A stretch of 64,000 nt of DNA from Diadema antillarum (lineage: Eukaryota), in assembly GCF_040938485.1 (NCBI RefSeq), contig NW_027271970.1, forward strand, positions 186,001-250,000, read 5' to 3'. This document shows positions 61,761 to 64,000 of this stretch, piece by piece. How positions within the stretch are numbered: position 1 is the stretch's first letter; each line of letters starts with the position of its first letter. Made by a program: the position numbers and the translations under genes. The notes under the pieces are model-generated. The model worked only from the letters and a program-made list of their open reading frames with translations, had not been told where the DNA came from and did not search any database.

Positions 61761-62432
61761 ATGGAAACGACATCGAAACAGATAGTTCCGCTTCAGTCAT
61801 CGGAGGGACAAAGACTTTTAAATGAGACCAGCATCAAACAGACTTTACTGGTCAGAATCTTCAGCAAGCAAAGCACGAGCGGATACTGCGGCGTGCATAC
61901 GGCCGCTCTCCATATGAGTGCGCGCCACTTTGGACTGAAGTACCCGGATGAGCGGCAACATGTAGCTTGCGATGTCAGGGACGTTCCATTTTCAGACACC
62001 AACATGTTCACTTTCGACGAGACAACCAGAGTCGTGAGCAGCGAAAAATTGGTTGTAGAGGGCGCCAGCTTGAGTGATCTCGAAGAGCTATTTCGACAAC
62101 ATGGCCTATTCGATCACTTTGAGAGATCCTACGCCGACAGTTGTGGTGTCGACAATTTCCGTTCTAGAGCGGTGGTGGCGCTCTCTCACTCCGACTCTCG
62201 TCAGGGCGTGCTTGTCAACTTTAAATGTGACTTTATCGTGAATAACAAACTCTTCAGTTCTGGACACGTGAGTCCACTGGCCGCATATCATGAACCCAGC
62301 GACCGTTTTCTTCTTCTTGACACCGCCATTCCAAATAGGGACGTGTGGATCCCAACTGAGGAACTACATCGGAGGATGAACACCCGAGATCCGATAAGTG
62401 GAATCAGTCGGGGATTTTTGATCGCAAGTTAA
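61761..62432 (+). CDS. Phytochelatin synthase-like protein, copy 6, 223 aa
   Basis: LQSSEGQRLL, FSKQSTSGYCG, GHVSPLAAYH, DRFLLLD, MNTRDPISGISRGFLI; acceptor AG 61730-61731; AATAAA at 62434 and 62468. Confidence 0.93.
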   Translation: METTSKQIVPLQSSEGQRLLNETSIKQTLLVRIFSKQSTSGYCGVHTAALHMSARHFGLKYPDERQHVACDVRDVPFSDTNMFTFDETTRVVSSEKLVVEGASLSDLEELFRQHGLFDHFERSYADSCGVDNFRSRAVVALSHSDSRQGVLVNFKCDFIVNNKLFSSGHVSPLAAYHEPSDRFLLLDTAIPNRDVWIPTEELHRRMNTRDPISGISRGFLIAS

Positions 62433-62433
62433 G

Positions 62434-62473
62434 AATAAAAGCTCACCAAACGCTTTATGTTCATAAGAATAAA
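62434..62473 (+). terminator. Candidate polyadenylation signals of copy 6
   Basis: AATAAA at 62434-62439 and 62468-62473, followed by a T/GT-rich tract. Confidence 0.4.
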
Positions 62474-64000
62474 GTCATATCAAAATAATACAGATTTCAC
62501 TGGTTTGGTTTTCATTTCTTCTGCTCACATTCATTGTTTTTCTTGTTTCTACTTCCAAGCGTATATATTACAAATATTATTTGATGATCTTTGTGAGTAA
62601 TGGACCAGCAAAAAAAAAAAAAATCATAAGGATTATATACAAACAAGGCAAACTTTTATGGCTATTAGTTTGATAAGTATAATTTGGTATTCGAAAATGT
62701 ATTCCTCATGAATGTAACTTGCAATCAAACGAAGTTGAATGAAGACATTAACACTCCAGTTTTGAACCTACGTTTAACTCGTTTTGGAATGGACAATAAG
62801 ATATATTATTTCGATTCTTGATAATATTATTATAATACATGTTTTGTTTTCAAAATCACACATGGCTATTGTGGTATGAGGAACACGACCTGTGTAGCTT
62901 CGGACCTTTGTGATATTTTTGGACACTCGGTGTAGCGAATAGCTCTCATGTAATCTTAGCGATACGTTATTATCTTTGTAACCATGGAAACCGGAAGGAA
63001 AGTGTCCGTTATAAACACAGATGCACTTACATCCTGCATTGTATTCTGACGGTAGAGACAACATACAGGTGCAGAGCTCAGTCATTTGTTTTGATGTACA
63101 ATAAACATTTGTCAATGTTTATTGTACATTGCCATAACATTGTCTAGAATATTCGTGAAAGCCCCTGGGAGCCGGGGGTGCTGGGGGTGCTGCAGCACCC
63201 CTGACTTTTTGAGCAGGGGGGCATAGCACCCCTGTGAAAAATTAAAAGTCGGGGGTGCTTCTGCACCCCCAACGTATATCTTTTTACAGGGCAAATTGCT
63301 TGTTTTTTTTAAATAGAAAATTGCCCAAATATCCCACCCAAAGTGTGCATGAGATTGCTGAATTTCACTTCTGAAAATGCAAAATCTCCATAGCGTGGGA
63401 GGGGTATCCCCTCCCATGCAGAACTAGCTTAAAAGTGCAGACAGCACTAGTATTAAAGCATTTTCATTGTCCCTGGATATTTTGCTTTTCCTACTTTTCT
63501 ATTTATTTTTTTTAATATGCTACCTGAAGGGCTCACTAGATTGCTGAATTTCAAATCTGAAAATGCAGAAGTTCCCTCATTTAGGGGGAGGGTACCCCTT
63601 CAGGAGAGCGTCGATGGAGTGGGCAGCTTATCATTTTGCGCCCCCTCCCCCAGTAATTTCCAAGATGTGGATTTTTTTTTTTTATTCGACACTGTCCCAA
63701 TCTTCGCACAAAGTGTGCACCAGTCAATTCTGAAATGCGAAATCTCCCTCGTATTCAAGGAAAATACCCCCTCTCACGATATTTTCCTTTCTATTCTAGA
63801 GTAATGCAAAAAGCTTCCTCGTATGCAGGGGTGCGGGGCAGTTGCCATCATATTACCCCATCCCAATTATTTTCGGGATGTCGGAGATTTTCTTGCTTTT
63901 TGTGATGGAAAACTGTCCCAATAGTTACCAAAACTGTGCAAGGCGTTGTTGCAGTTCAATTCTGAAAATATAATGGATTTATACCCCCTTTCCACATTCT

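Noticed and set aside
7653-62432. Bacterial contamination as the source of the half-size PCS genes
   Set aside because: The genes are kilobases apart among eukaryotic microsatellites and MITEs, with splice acceptors and poly(A) signals and no operon structure.

Overview
AT-rich, repeat-dense eukaryotic genomic DNA with four N gaps. The repeat landscape suggests a marine invertebrate deuterostome such as an echinoderm, but this is inference only. The only convincing genes are six co-oriented (+ strand) paralogues, each with a single-exon CDS of 219-227 aa (likely starts 7653, 19162, 27840, 47650, 56218, 61761). Each encodes a stand-alone phytochelatin-synthase (PCS, papain-like) catalytic domain. 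All six keep the oxyanion Gln and the Cys-His-Asp triad with PCS spacing (Q-x5-C; H-x17-D). All six lack the canonical glutathione-binding motifs (YHR...QTGxGH and D-V-A-R-x-K-Y-P-P) and the eukaryotic C-terminal domain, and they diverge most in the loops beside the triad. They form two subfamilies (copies 1-3 and 4-6). This expanded cluster with a remodelled pocket is the most promising novel system in the window. The rest is non-autonomous DNA transposons/MITEs (Kolobok-like TTAA elements; Harbinger-, hAT- and Tc1-like elements), palindromic repeats, a tRNA-like sequence, an RTE-LINE remnant and microsatellites. Nothing was searched or computed; family calls come from remembered motifs.
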